Below, one piece after another: positions 43,801-57,410 of a stretch of DNA of 64,000 bases. Origin of the DNA: Eledone cirrhosa (lineage: Eukaryota). The translations under genes were made by a program, and so were the position numbers. Positions within the stretch are counted from its first letter, which is position 1, and each line of letters begins with the position of its first letter. Where the stretch lies: contig OZ024742.1 of assembly GCA_964016885.1 (NCBI GenBank), positions 366,172,001 through 366,236,000 on the forward strand. The letters run 5' to 3'. The notes under the pieces were generated by a model, which had not been told where the DNA came from, did not search any database, and saw nothing but the letters and a program-made list of their open reading frames with translations.

Positions 43801-46800
43801 TGTATTCCCCTTATTTAGTGTCTGTTGTGTCACTATATTATAGATATATCTTATAGTTCACCTTATTTACTGTTTGTCATGTCACTATATTGTAGATATA
43901 TCTTATAGTTCTCCTGATTTAGTGTCTGTTGTGTCACTGTATTGTAGATATATCTTATAGTTCCCCTTATTTTGTGTCTGTTGTGTCACTATATTGTAGA
44001 TATATCTTATAGTTCCCCTTATTTAGTGTCATATATGTCACTATATTGTAGATATATCTTATAGTTCCCCTTATTTAGTGTCTGTTATGTCACTGTATTG
44101 TAGATCTATCTTATAGTTCCCCTTATTTAGTGTATGTTGTGTCACTGTATTGTAAATCTATCTTATAGTTCCTCTTATTTAGTGTCTGTTGTATCACTGT
44201 ATTGTAGATATATCTTATAGTTCCCCTTATTTAGTGTCTGTTGTGTCACTGTTTTGTAGATCTATCTTATTGTGCCCCTTTTTTAGTGTCTGTTGTGTCA
44301 CTGTATTATAGATATGACTTATAGTTCCCCTTATGTATTGTCTGTTGTGTCACTATATTGTAGATACATCGTGTAGTCCCCTTATTTAGTGTCTGTTGTG
44401 TCACTATATTATAGATATATCTTATAGTTCACCTTATTTAGTGTTTGTCATGTCACTATATTGTAGATATATCTTATAGTTCTCCTTATTTAGTGTCTGT
44501 TGTGTCACCGTATTGTAGATATATCTTATAGTTCCCCTTATTTAGTGTCTGTTGTGTCACTATATTGTAGATATATCTTATAGTTCCCCTTATTTAGTGT
44601 CATATATGTCACTATATTGTAGATATATCTTATAGTTCCCCTTATTCAGTGTCTGTTATGTCACTGTATTGTAGATATATCTTATAGTTCCCCTTATTTA
44701 GTGTCTGTTATGTCACTGTATTGTAGATCTATCTTATAGTTCCCCTTATTTAGTGTCTGTTGTGTCACTGTATTGTAAATCTATCTTATAGTTCCTCTTA
44801 TTTAGTGTCTGTTGTATCACTGTATTGTAGATATATCTTATAGTTCCCCTTATTTAGTGTCTGTTGTGTCACTGTATTGTATATCTATCTTATAGCGCCC
44901 CTTTTTTAGTGTCTGTTGTGTCACTGTATTATAGATATAACTTATAGTTCCCCTTATGTATTGTCTGTTGTGTCACTATATTGTAGATACATCGTGTAGT
45001 CCCCTTATTTAGTGTCTGTCGTGTCACTATATTATAGATATATCTTATAGTTCACCTTATTTACTGTTTGTCATGTCACTATATCGTAGATATATCTCAT
45101 AGTTCTCCTTATTTAGTGTCTGTTGTGTCACCGTATTGTAGATATATCTTATAGTTCCCCTTATTTAGTGTCTGTTGTGTCACTATATTGTAGATATATC
45201 TTATAGTTCCCCTTATTTAGTGTCATATATGTCACTATATTGTAGATATATCTTATAGTTCCCCTTATTCAGTGTCTGTTATGTCACTGTATTGTAGATA
45301 TATCTTATAGTTCTCCTTATTTAGTGTCTGTTGTGTCACTGTATTGTAGATATATCTTATAGTTCCCATTATTTAGTGTCTGTTATGTCACTATATTGTA
45401 GATCTATCTTATAGTTCCCCTTATTTAGTGTCTGTTATGTCATTGTATTGTAGATCTATCTTATAGTTCCCCTTATTTAGTGTCTGTTGTGCCACTATAT
45501 TATAGATATATCTTACAGTTCCCCTTATTTAGTGTCTGTTATGTCACTGTATTGTAGATATATCTTATAGTTCCTCTTATATAGTGTCTATTGTGTCACT
45601 ATATTGTAAATATACCTTATAGTTCCCTTAATTAGTGTCTGTTATGTCACTGTATTGTCGATATATCTCATAGTTCCCCTTATTTAGTGTTTGTTATGTC
45701 ACTGTATTGTAGATATATCTTATAGTTCTCCTTATTTAGAGTCTGTTGTGTCACTGTATTGTAGATATATCTTATAGTTCCCCTTATTTAGTCTGTTGTG
45801 TCACTATATTGTAGATATATCTTATAGTTCCCCTTATTTAGTTTAAAAAATGTCACTCTATTGTAGATATATCTTATAGTTCCCCTTATTTAGTGTTTGT
45901 TATGTCACTGTATTGTAGATATACCTTATAGTGCCCCTTATTTAGTGTCTGTTGTGTCACTATATTGTAGATATATCCTATAGTTCCCCTTTTTAGTGTC
46001 TGTTATGTCACTGTATTGTAGATATATCTTATAGTTCCCCTTATTTAGTGTCTGTTATGCCACTATATTGTAGATCTATCTCATAGTTCCCCCTATTTAG
46101 TGTCTCTTATGTCACTATATTGTAGATCTATCTTATAGTTCCCCTTATTTATTGTCTGTTGTGTCACTATATTGTAGATATATCTTATAGTTCTCCTTAT
46201 TAAGTGTCTACAGTGTCACCATATTGAAGATATATCTTATAGTTCCCCTTATTTAGTGTCTGCTGTGTCACTGTATTGTAGATCTATCTTATAGTTCCCC
46301 TTATTTAGTGTCTGTTGTATCACTGTATTGTAGATATATCTTATAGTTCCCCTTATTTAGTGTCTGTTGTGTCACTCTATTGTAGATATATCTCATAGTT
46401 CTCCTTATTTAGTGTCTGTTGTGTCAATATATTATAGATATATCTTATAGTTCCCCTTATTTAGTGTCTGTTATGTCACTGTATTGTAGATCTATCTTAT
46501 AGTTCCCCTTATTTAGTGTCTGTTGTATCACTGTATTGTAGATATATCTTATAGTTCCCCTTATTTAGTGTCTGTTGTGTCACTGTATTGTAGATATATC
46601 TCATAGTTCTCCTTATTTAGTGTCTGTTGTGTCACTATATTGGAGATCTATCGTATAGTTCCCCATATTTAGTGTCTGTTATGTGACTATATTATAGATA
46701 TATCTTATAGTTCCCCTTATTTATTGTCTGTTATGTCACTGTATTGTAGATATATCTTATAGTTCCCCTTATATAGTGTCTGTTGTGTCACTATATTGTA

Positions 46801-49800
46801 GATATATCGTGTAGTCCCCTTATTTAGTGTCTGTTGTGTCACTATATTATAGATATATCTTATAGTTCACCTTATTTAGTGTTTGTCATGTCACTATATT
46901 GTAGATATATCTTATAGTTCTCCTTATTTAGTGTCTGTTGTGTCACTGTATTGTAGATATATCTTATAGTTCCCATTATTTAGTGTCTGTTATGTCACTA
47001 TATTGTAGATCTATCTTATAGTTCCCCTTATTTAGTGTCTGTTGTGTCACTGTATTGTAGATCTATCTCATAGTTGCCCTTATTTAGTATCTGTTGTGTC
47101 ACTGTATTGTAGATCTATCTTATAGTTCCCCTTATTTAGTGTCTGTTATGTCACTGTATTGTAGATCTATCTTATAGTTCCCCTTATTTAGTGTTTGTTG
47201 TGCCACTATATTATAGATATATCTTACAGTTCCCCTTATTTAGTGTCTGTTATGTCACTGTATTGTAGATCTATCTCATAGTTCCCCTTATTTAGTGTCT
47301 GTTGTGCCACTATATTATAGATATATCTTACAGTTCCCCTTATTTAGTGTCTGTTATGTCACTGTAATGTAGATATATCTTATAGTTCCCCTTATTAAGT
47401 GTCTGTTGTGTCACTATCTTATAGATATATCTTATAGTTCCCCTTATTTAGTGTCTGTTTTGTCACTGTATTGTAGATCTATCTTATAGTTCCCCCTATT
47501 TAGTGTCTGTTGTGTCATTGTATTATAGATATAACTTATAATCCCCCTTATTTATTGTCTGTTATGTCACTGTATTGTAGATATATCTTATAGTTTCCCT
47601 TATATAGTGTCTGTTGTGTCACTATATTGTAGATATATCGTGTATTCCCCTTATTTAGTGTCTGTTGTGTCACTATATTATAGATATATCTTATAGTTCA
47701 CCTTATTTACTGTTTGTCATGTCACTATATTGTAGATATATCTTATAGTTCTCCTGATTTAGTGTCTGTTGTGTCACTGTATTGTAGATATATCTTATAG
47801 TTCCCCTTATTTTGTGTCTGTTGTGTCACTATATTGTAGATATATCTTATAGTTCCCCTTATTTAGTGTCATATATGTCACTATATTGTAGATATATCTT
47901 ATAGTTCCCCTTATTTAGTGTCTGTTATGTCACTGTATTGTAGATCTATCTTATAGTTCCCCTTATTTAGTGTATGTTGTGTCACTGTATTGTAAATCTA
48001 TCTTATAGTTCCTCTTATTTAGTGTCTGTTGTATCACTGTATTGTAGATATATCTTATAGTTCCCCTTATTTAGTGTCTGTTGTGTCACTGTATTGTAGA
48101 TCTATCTTATTGTGCCCCTTTTTTAGTGTCTGTTGTGTCACTGTATTATAGATATGACTTATAGTTCCCCTTATGTATTGTCTGTTGTGTCACTATATTG
48201 TAGATACATCGTGTAGTCCCCTTATTTAGTGTCTGTTGTGTCACTATATTATAGATATATCTTATAGTTCACCTTATTTAGTGTTTGTCATGTCACTATA
48301 TTGTAGATATATCTTATAGTTCTCCTTATTTAGTGTCTGTTGTGTCACCGTATTGTAGATATATCTTATAGTTCCCCTTATTTAGTGTCTGTTGTGTCAC
48401 TATATTGTAGATATATCTTATAGTTCCCCTTATTTAGTGTCATATATGTCACTATATTGTAGATATATCTTATAGTTCCCCTTATTCAGTGTCTGTTATG
48501 TCACTGTATTGTAGATATATCTTATAGTTCCCCTTATTTAGTGTCTGTTATGTCACTGTATTGTAGATCTATCTTATAGTTCCCCTTATTTAGTGTCTGT
48601 TGTGTCACTGTATTGTAAATCTATCTTATAGTTCCTCTTATTTAGTGTCTGTTGTATCACTGTATTGTAGATATATCTTATAGTTCCCCTTATTTAGTGT
48701 CTGTTGTGTCACTGTATTGTATATCTATCTTATAGCGCCCCTTTTTTAGTGTCTGTTGTGTCACTGTATTATAGATATAACTTATAGTTCCCCTTATGTA
48801 TTGTCTGTTGTGTCACTATATTGTAGATACATCGTGTAGTCCCCTTATTTAGTGTCTGTCGTGTCACTATATTATAGATATATCTTATAGTTCACCTTAT
48901 TTACTGTTTGTCATGTCACTATATCGTAGATATATCTCATAGTTCTCCTTATTTAGTGTCTGTTGTGTCACCGTATTGTAGATATATCTTATAGTTCCCC
49001 TTATTTAGTGTCTGTTGTGTCACTATATTGTAGATATATCTTATAGTTCCCCTTATTTAGTGTCATATATGTCACTATATTGTAGATATATCTTATAGTT
49101 CCCCTTATTCAGTGTCTGTTATGTCACTGTATTGTAGATATATCTTATAGTTCTCCTTATTTAGTGTCTGTTGTGTCACTGTATTGTAGATATATCTTAT
49201 AGTTCCCATTATTTAGTGTCTGTTATGTCACTATATTGTAGATCTATCTTATAGTTCCCCTTATTTAGTGTCTGTTATGTCATTGTATTGTAGATCTATC
49301 TTATAGTTCCCCTTATTTAGTGTCTGTTGTGCCACTATATTATAGATATATCTTACAGTTCCCCTTATTTAGTGTCTGTTATGTCACTGTATTGTAGATA
49401 TATCTTATAGTTCCTCTTATATAGTGTCTATTGTGTCACTATATTGTAAATATACCTTATAGTTCCCTTAATTAGTGTCTGTTATGTCACTGTATTGTCG
49501 ATATATCTCATAGTTCCCCTTATTTAGTGTTTGTTATGTCACTGTATTGTAGATATATCTTATAGTTCTCCTTATTTAGAGTCTGTTGTGTCACTGTATT
49601 GTAGATATATCTTATAGTTCCCCTTATTTAGTCTGTTGTGTCACTATATTGTAGATATATCTTATAGTTCCCCTTATTTAGTTTAAAAAATGTCACTCTA
49701 TTGTAGATATATCTTATAGTTCCCCTTATTTAGTGTTTGTTATGTCACTGTATTGTAGATATACCTTATAGTGCCCCTTATTTAGTGTCTGTTGTGTCAC

Positions 49801-52390
49801 TATATTGTAGATATATCCTATAGTTCCCCTTTTTAGTGTCTGTTATGTCACTGTATTGTAGATATATCTTATAGTTCCCCTTATTTAGTGTCTGTTATGC
49901 CACTATATTGTAGATCTATCTCATAGTTCCCCCTATTTAGTGTCTCTTATGTCACTATATTGTAGATCTATCTTATAGTTCCCCTTATTTATTGTCTGTT
50001 GTGTCACTATATTGTAGATATATCTTATAGTTCTCCTTATTAAGTGTCTACAGTGTCACCATATTGAAGATATATCTTATAGTTCCCCTTATTTAGTGTC
50101 TGCTGTGTCACTGTATTGTAGATCTATCTTATAGTTCCCCTTATTTAGTGTCTGTTGTATCACTGTATTGTAGATATATCTTATAGTTCCCCTTATTTAG
50201 TGTCTGTTGTGTCACTCTATTGTAGATATATCTCATAGTTCTCCTTATTTAGTGTCTGTTGTGTCAATATATTATAGATATATCTTATAGTTCCCCTTAT
50301 TTAGTGTCTGTTATGTCACTGTATTGTAGATCTATCTTATAGTTCCCCTTATTTAGTGTCTGTTGTATCACTGTATTGTAGATATATCTTATAGTTCCCC
50401 TTATTTAGTGTCTGTTGTGTCACTGTATTGTAGATATATCTCATAGTTCTCCTTATTTAGTGTCTGTTGTGTCACTATATTGGAGATCTATCGTATAGTT
50501 CCCCATATTTAGTGTCTGTTATGTGACTATATTATAGATATATCTTATAGTTCCCCTTATTTATTGTCTGTTATGTCACTGTATTGTAGATATATCTTAT
50601 AGTTCCCCTTATATAGTGTCTGTTGTGTCACTATATTGTAGATATATCGTGTAGTCCCCTTATTTAGTGTCTGTTGTGTCACTATATTATAGATATATCT
50701 TATAGTTCACCTTATTTAGTGTTTGTCATGTCACTATATTGTAGATATATCTTATAGTTCTCCTTATTTAGTGTCTGTTGTGTCACTGTATTGTAGATAT
50801 ATCTTATAGTTCCCATTATTTAGTGTCTGTTATGTCACTATATTGTAGATCTATCTTATAGTTCCCCTTATTTAGTGTCTGTTGTGTCACTGTATTGTAG
50901 ATCTATCTCATAGTTCCCCTTATTTAGTATCTGTTGTGTCACTGTATTGTAGATCTATCTTATAGTTCCCCTTATTTAGTGTCTGTTATGTCACTGTATT
51001 GTAGATCTATCTTATAGTTCCCCTTATTTAGTGTTTGTTGTGCCACTATATTATAGATATATCTTACAGTTCCCCTTATTTAGTGTCTGTTATGTCACTG
51101 TATTGTAGATCTATCTCATAGTTCCCCTTATTTAGTGTCTGTTGTGCCACTATATTATAGATATATCTTACAGTTCCCCTTATTTAGTGTCTGTTATGTC
51201 ACTGTAATGTAGATATATCTTATAGTTCCCCTTATTAAGTGTCTGTTGTGTCACTATCTTATAGATATATCTTATAGTTCCCCTTATTTAGTGTCTGTTT
51301 TGTCACTGTATTGTAGATCTATCTTATAGTTCCCCCTATTTAGTGTCTGTTGTGTCATTGTATTATAGATATAACTTATAATCCCCCTTATTTATTGTCT
51401 GTTATGTCACTGTATTGTAGATATATCTTATAGTTTCCCTTATATAGTGTCTGTTGTGTCACTATATTGTAGATATATCGTGTATTCCCCTTATTTAGTG
51501 TCTGTTGTGTCACTATATTATAGATATATCTTATAGTTCACCTTATTTACTGTTTGTCATGTCACTATATTGTAGATATATCTTATAGTTCTCCTGATTT
51601 AGTGTCTGTTGTGTCACTGTATTGTAGATATATCTTATAGTTCCCCTTATTTTGTGTCTGTTGTGTCACTATATTGTAGATATATCTTATAGTTCCCCTT
51701 ATTTAGTGTCATATATGTCACTATATTGTAGATATATCTTATAGTTCCCCTTATTTAGTGTCTGTTATGTCACTCTATTGTAGATCTATCTTATAGTTCC
51801 CCTTATTTAGTGTATGTTGTGTCACTGTATTGTAAATCTATCTTATAGTTCCTCTTATTTAGTGTCTGTTGTATCACTGTATTGTAGATATATCTTATAG
51901 TTCCCCTTATTTAGTGTCTGTTGTGTCACTGTATTGTAGATCTATCTTATTGTGCCCCTTTTTTAGTGTCTGTTGTGTCACTGTATTATAGATATGACTT
52001 ATAGTTCCCCTTATGTATTGTCTGTTGTGTCACTATATTGTAGATACATCGTGTAGTCCCCTTATTTAGTGTCTGTTGTGTCACTATATTATAGATATAT
52101 CTTATAGTTCACCTTATTTAGTGTTTGTCATGTCACTATATTGTAGATATATCTTATAGTTCTCCTTATTTAGTGTCTGTTGTGTCACCGTATTGTAGAT
52201 ATATCTTATAGTTCCCCTTATTTAGTGTCTGTTGTGTCACTATATTGTAGATATATCTTATAGTTCCCCTTATTTAGTGTCATATATGTCACTATATTGT
52301 AGATATATCTTATAGTTCCCCTTATTCAGTGTCTGTTATGTCACTGTATTGTAGATATATCTTATAGTTCCCCTTATTTAGTGTCTGTTA
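40855..52390. repeat. Three near-identical tandem copies of a 3,840/3,841-bp (74-monomer) higher-order repeat
   Basis: TTTAAAAAATG at 42001, 45842 and 49682. Whole 60-nt lines repeat in register (42241 = 46081 = 49921). Only a handful of differences were seen. Confidence 0.95.
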
Positions 52391-53769
52391 TGTCACTATA
52401 TTGTAGATATATCTTATAGTTCCCCTTATTTAGTGTCTGTTATGTCACTGTATTGTAGATCTATCTTATAGTTCCCCTTATTCAGTGTCTGTTGTATCAC
52501 TGTATTGTAGATATATCTTATAGTTCCCCTTATTTAGTGCATGTTTTGTCACTGTATTGTAGATCTAACTTATAGTTCCCCCTATTTAGTGTCTGTTGTG
52601 TCATTGTATTATAGATATAACTTATAATTCCCCTTATTTATTGTCTGTTATATCACTGTATTGTAGATATATCTTATAGTCCCCCATATATAGTGTCTGT
52701 TGTGTCACTATATTGTAGATATATCGTGTATTCCCCTTATTTAGTGTCTGTTGTGTCACTATATTATAGATATATCTTATAGTTCACCTTATTTACTGTT
52801 TGTCATGTCACTATATTGTAGATATATCTTATAGTTCTCCTGATTTAGTGTCTGTTGTGTCACTGTATTGTAGATATATCTTATAGTTCCCCTTATTTAC
52901 TGTCTGTTGTGTCACTATATTGTAGATATATCTTATAGTTCCCCTTATTCAGTGTCATATATGTCACTATATTGTAGATATATCTTATAGTTCCCCTTAT
53001 TTAGTGTCTGTTATGTCACTGTATTGTAGATCTATCTTATAGTTCCCCTCATTTAGTGTCAGTTGTGTCACTGTATTGTAAATCTATCTTATAGTTCCTC
53101 TTATTTAGTGTCTGTTGTATCACTGTATTGTAGATATATCTTATAGTTCCCCTTATTTAGTGTCTGTTGTGTCACTGTATTGTATATCTATCTTATAGTG
53201 CCCCTTTTTTAGTGTCTGTTGTGTCACTGTATTATAGATATAACTTATAGTTCCCCTTATGTATTGTCTGTTTTGTCACTATATTGTAGATACATCGTGT
53301 AGTCCCCTTATTTAGTGTCTGTCGTGTCACCATATTATAGATATATCTTATAGTTCACCTTATTTAGTGTTTGTCATGTCACTATATTGTAGATATATCT
53401 TATAGTTCTCCTTATTTAGTGTCTGTTGTGTCACTGTATTGTAGATATATCTTATAGTTCCTCTTATTTAGTGTCTGTTGTGTCACTGTATTGTAGATCT
53501 ATCTTATAGTTCCCCTTATTTAGTGTCTGTTGTGTCACTGTATGGTAGATATATCTTATAGTTCCCCTTATTTAGTGTCTGTTATTTCACTGTATGGTAG
53601 ATATATCTTATAGTTCCCCTTATTTAGTGTCTGTTGTCTCACTGTATGGTAGATATATCTTATAGTTCCCCTTATTTAGTGTCTGTTATTTCACTGTATT
53701 GTAGATATATCTTATAGTTCATCTTATTTAGTGTCTGTTTTGTCACTATATTGTAGATCTATCTTATAG

Positions 53770-56700
53770 TTGCCCTTATTTAGTGTCTGTTTTGTCACTA
53801 TATTGTAGATCTATCTTATAGTTCCCCTTATTTAGTGTCTGTTGTGTCACTGTATGGTAGATATATCTTATAGTTCCCCTTATTTAGTGTCTGTTATTTC
53901 ACTATATTGTAGATATATCTTATAGTTCCCCTTATTTAGTGTCTGTTTTGTCACTATATTGTAGATCTATCTTATAGTTCCCCTTATTTAGTGTCTGTTT
54001 TGTCACTATATTGTAGATTTATCTTATAGTTCATCTTATTTAGTGTCTGTTGTGTCACTGTATTGTAGATATATCTTATAGTTCCCCTTATTTAGTGTCT
54101 GTTTTGTCACTATATTGTAGATCTATCTTATAGTTCCCCTTATTTAGTGTCTGTTGTGTCACTGTATGGTAGATATATCTTATAGTTCCCCTTATTTAGT
54201 GTCTGTTGTTTAACTATGTTATAGATATATCTTATAGTTCCCCTTATTTAGTGTCTGTTATGTCACTGTATTGTAGATCTATCTTATAGTTCCCCTTATT
54301 TAGTGTCTGTTGTTTCACTATATTATAGATATATCTTATAGTTCCCCTTATTTAGTGTCTGTCATGTCACTTTATTGAAGATATATCTTATAGTTCCCCT
54401 TATTTAGTGTCTGTTGTGTCACTGTATTGTAGATATATCTCATAGTTCTCCTTATTTAGTGTCTGTTGTGTCACTATATTGGAGATCTATCGTATAGTTC
54501 CCCTTATTTAGTGTCTGTTATGTCACTATATTGTAGATATATCTTATAGTTCCCCTTATTTATTGTCTGTTATGTCACTGTATTGTAGATATATCTCATA
54601 GTTCCCCTTATATAGTGTCTGTTGTGTCACTATATTGTAGATATATCGTGTAGTCCCCTTATTTAGTGTCTGTTGTGTCACTATATTATAGATATATCTT
54701 ATAGTTCACCTTATTTAGTGTTTGTCATGTCACTATATTGTAGATATATCTTATAGTTCTCCTTATTTAGTGTCTGTTGTGTCACTGTATTGTAGATATA
54801 TCTGATAGTTCCCATTATTTAGTGTCTGTTATGTCACTATATTGTAGATCTATCTTATAGTTCCCCTTATTTAGTGTCTGTTGTGTCACTGTATTGTAGA
54901 TCTATCTCATGTTCCCCTTATTTAGTATCTGTTGTGTCACTGTATTGTAGATCTATCTTATAGTTCCCCTTATTTAGTGTCTGTTATGTCACTGTATTGT
55001 AGATCTATCTTATAGTTCCCCTTATTTAGTGTTTGTTGTGTCACTATATTATAGATATATCTTACAGTTCCCCTTATTTAGTGTCTGTTATGTCACTGTA
55101 TTGTAGATCTATCTCATAGTTCCCCTTATTTAGTGTCTGTTGTGCCACTATATTATAGATATATCTTACAGTTCCCCTTATTTAGTGTCTGTTATGTCAC
55201 TGTAATGTAGATATATCTTATAGTTCCCCTTATTAAGTGTCTGTTGTGTCACTATCTTATAGATTTATCTTATAGTTCCCCTTATTTAGTGTCTGTTTTG
55301 TCACTGTATTGTAGATCTATCTTATAGTTCCCCCTATTTAGTGTCTGTTGTGTCATTGTATTATAGATATAACTTATAGTTCCCCTTATTTATTGTCTGT
55401 TATGTCACTGTATTGTAGATATATCTTATAGTTCCCCTTATATAGTGTCTGTTGTGTCACTATATTGTAGATATATCGTGTATTCCCCTTATTTAGTGTC
55501 TGTTGTGTCACTATATTATAGATATATCTTATAGTTCCCCTTATTTAGTGTCTGTTTTGTCACTATATTGTAGATCTATCTTATAGTTCCCCTTATTTAG
55601 TGTCTGTTGTGTCACTGTATGGTAGATATATCTTATAGTTCCCCTTATTTAGTGTCTGTTATTTCACTATATTGTAGATATATCTTATAGTTCCCCTTAT
55701 TTAGTGTCTGTTTTGTCACTATATTGTAGATCTATCTTATAGTTCCCCTTATTTAGTGTCTGTTTTGTCACTATATTGTAGATTTATCTTATAGTTCATC
55801 TTATTTAGTGTCTGTTGTGTCACTGTATTGTAGATATATCTTATAGTTCCCCTCATTTAGTGTCTGTTGTGTCACTGTATTGTAGATCTATCTTATAGTT
55901 CTCCTTATTTAGTGTCTGTTATGTCACTATATTGTAGATCTATCTTATAGTTCCCCTTATTTAGTGTCTGTTTTGTCACTATATTGTAGATCTATCTTAT
56001 AGTTCCCCTTATTTAGTGTCTGTTGTGTCACTGTATGGTAGATATATCTTATAGTTCCCCTTATTTAGTGTCTGTTGTTTAACTATGTTATAGATATATC
56101 TTATAGTTCCCCTTATTTAGTGTCTGTTATGTCACTGTATTGTAGATCTATCTTATAGTTCCCCTTATTTAGTGTCTGTTGTTTCACTATATTATAGATA
56201 TATCTTATAGTTCCCCTTATTTAGTGTCTGTCATGTCACTTTATTGAAGATATATCTTATAGTTCCCCTTATTTAGTGTCTGTTGTGTCACTGTATTGTA
56301 GATATATCTCATAGTTCTCCTTATTTAGTGTCTGTTGTGTCACTATATTGGAGATCTATCGTATAGTTCCCCTTATTTAGTGTCTGTTATGTCACTATAT
56401 TGTAGATATATCTTATAGTTCCCCTTATTTATTGTCTGTTATGTCACTGTATTGTAGATATATCTCATAGTTCCCCTTATATAGTGTCTGTTGTGTCACT
56501 ATATTGTAGATATATCGTGTAGTCCCCTTATTTAGTGTCTGTTGTGTCACTATATTATAGATATATCTTATAGTTCACCTTATTTAGTGTTTGTCATGTC
56601 ACTATATTGTAGATATATCTTATAGTTCTCCTTATTTAGTGTCTGTTGTGTCACTGTATTGTAGATATATCTGATAGTTCCCATTATTTAGTGTCTGTTA

Positions 56701-57410
56701 TGTCACTATATTGTAGATCTATCTTATAGTTCCCCTTATTTAGTGTCTGTTGTGTCACTGTATTGTAGATCTATCTCATGTTCCCCTTATTTAGTATCTG
56801 TTGTGTCACTGTATTGTAGATCTATCTTATAGTTCCCCTTATTTAGTGTCTGTTATGTCACTGTATTGTAGATCTATCTTATAGTTCCCCTTATTTAGTG
56901 TTTGTTGTGTCACTATATTATAGATATATCTTACAGTTCCCCTTATTTAGTGTCTGTTATGTCACTGTATTGTAGATCTATCTCATAGTTCCCCTTATTT
57001 AGTGTCTGTTGTGCCACTATATTATAGATATATCTTACAGTTCCCCTTATTTAGTGTCTGTTATGTCACTGTAATGTAGATATATCTTATAGTTCCCCTT
57101 ATTAAGTGTCTGTTGTGTCACTATCTTATAGATTTATCTTATAGTTCCCCTTATTTAGTGTCTGTTTTGTCACTGTATTGTAGATCTATCTTATAGTTCC
57201 CCCTATTTAGTGTCTGTTGTGTCATTGTATTATAGATATAACTTATAGTTCCCCTTATTTATTGTCTGTTATGTCACTGTATTGTAGATATATCTTATAG
57301 TTCCCCTTATATAGTGTCTGTTGTGTCACTATATTGTAGATATATCGTGTATTCCCCTTATTTAGTGTCTGTTGTGTCCCTATATTATAGATATATCTTA
57401 TAGTTCACCT
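53770..57410. repeat. Approximate tandem duplication of a 1,869-bp (36-monomer) block
   Basis: GTTGTTTAACTATGTT at 54205 and 56074. The downstream variants (CACTTTATTGAAG, TTGGAGATCTATCGT, TCTCATGTTCCCC) follow at the same offset. Boundaries are approximate. Confidence 0.85.
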
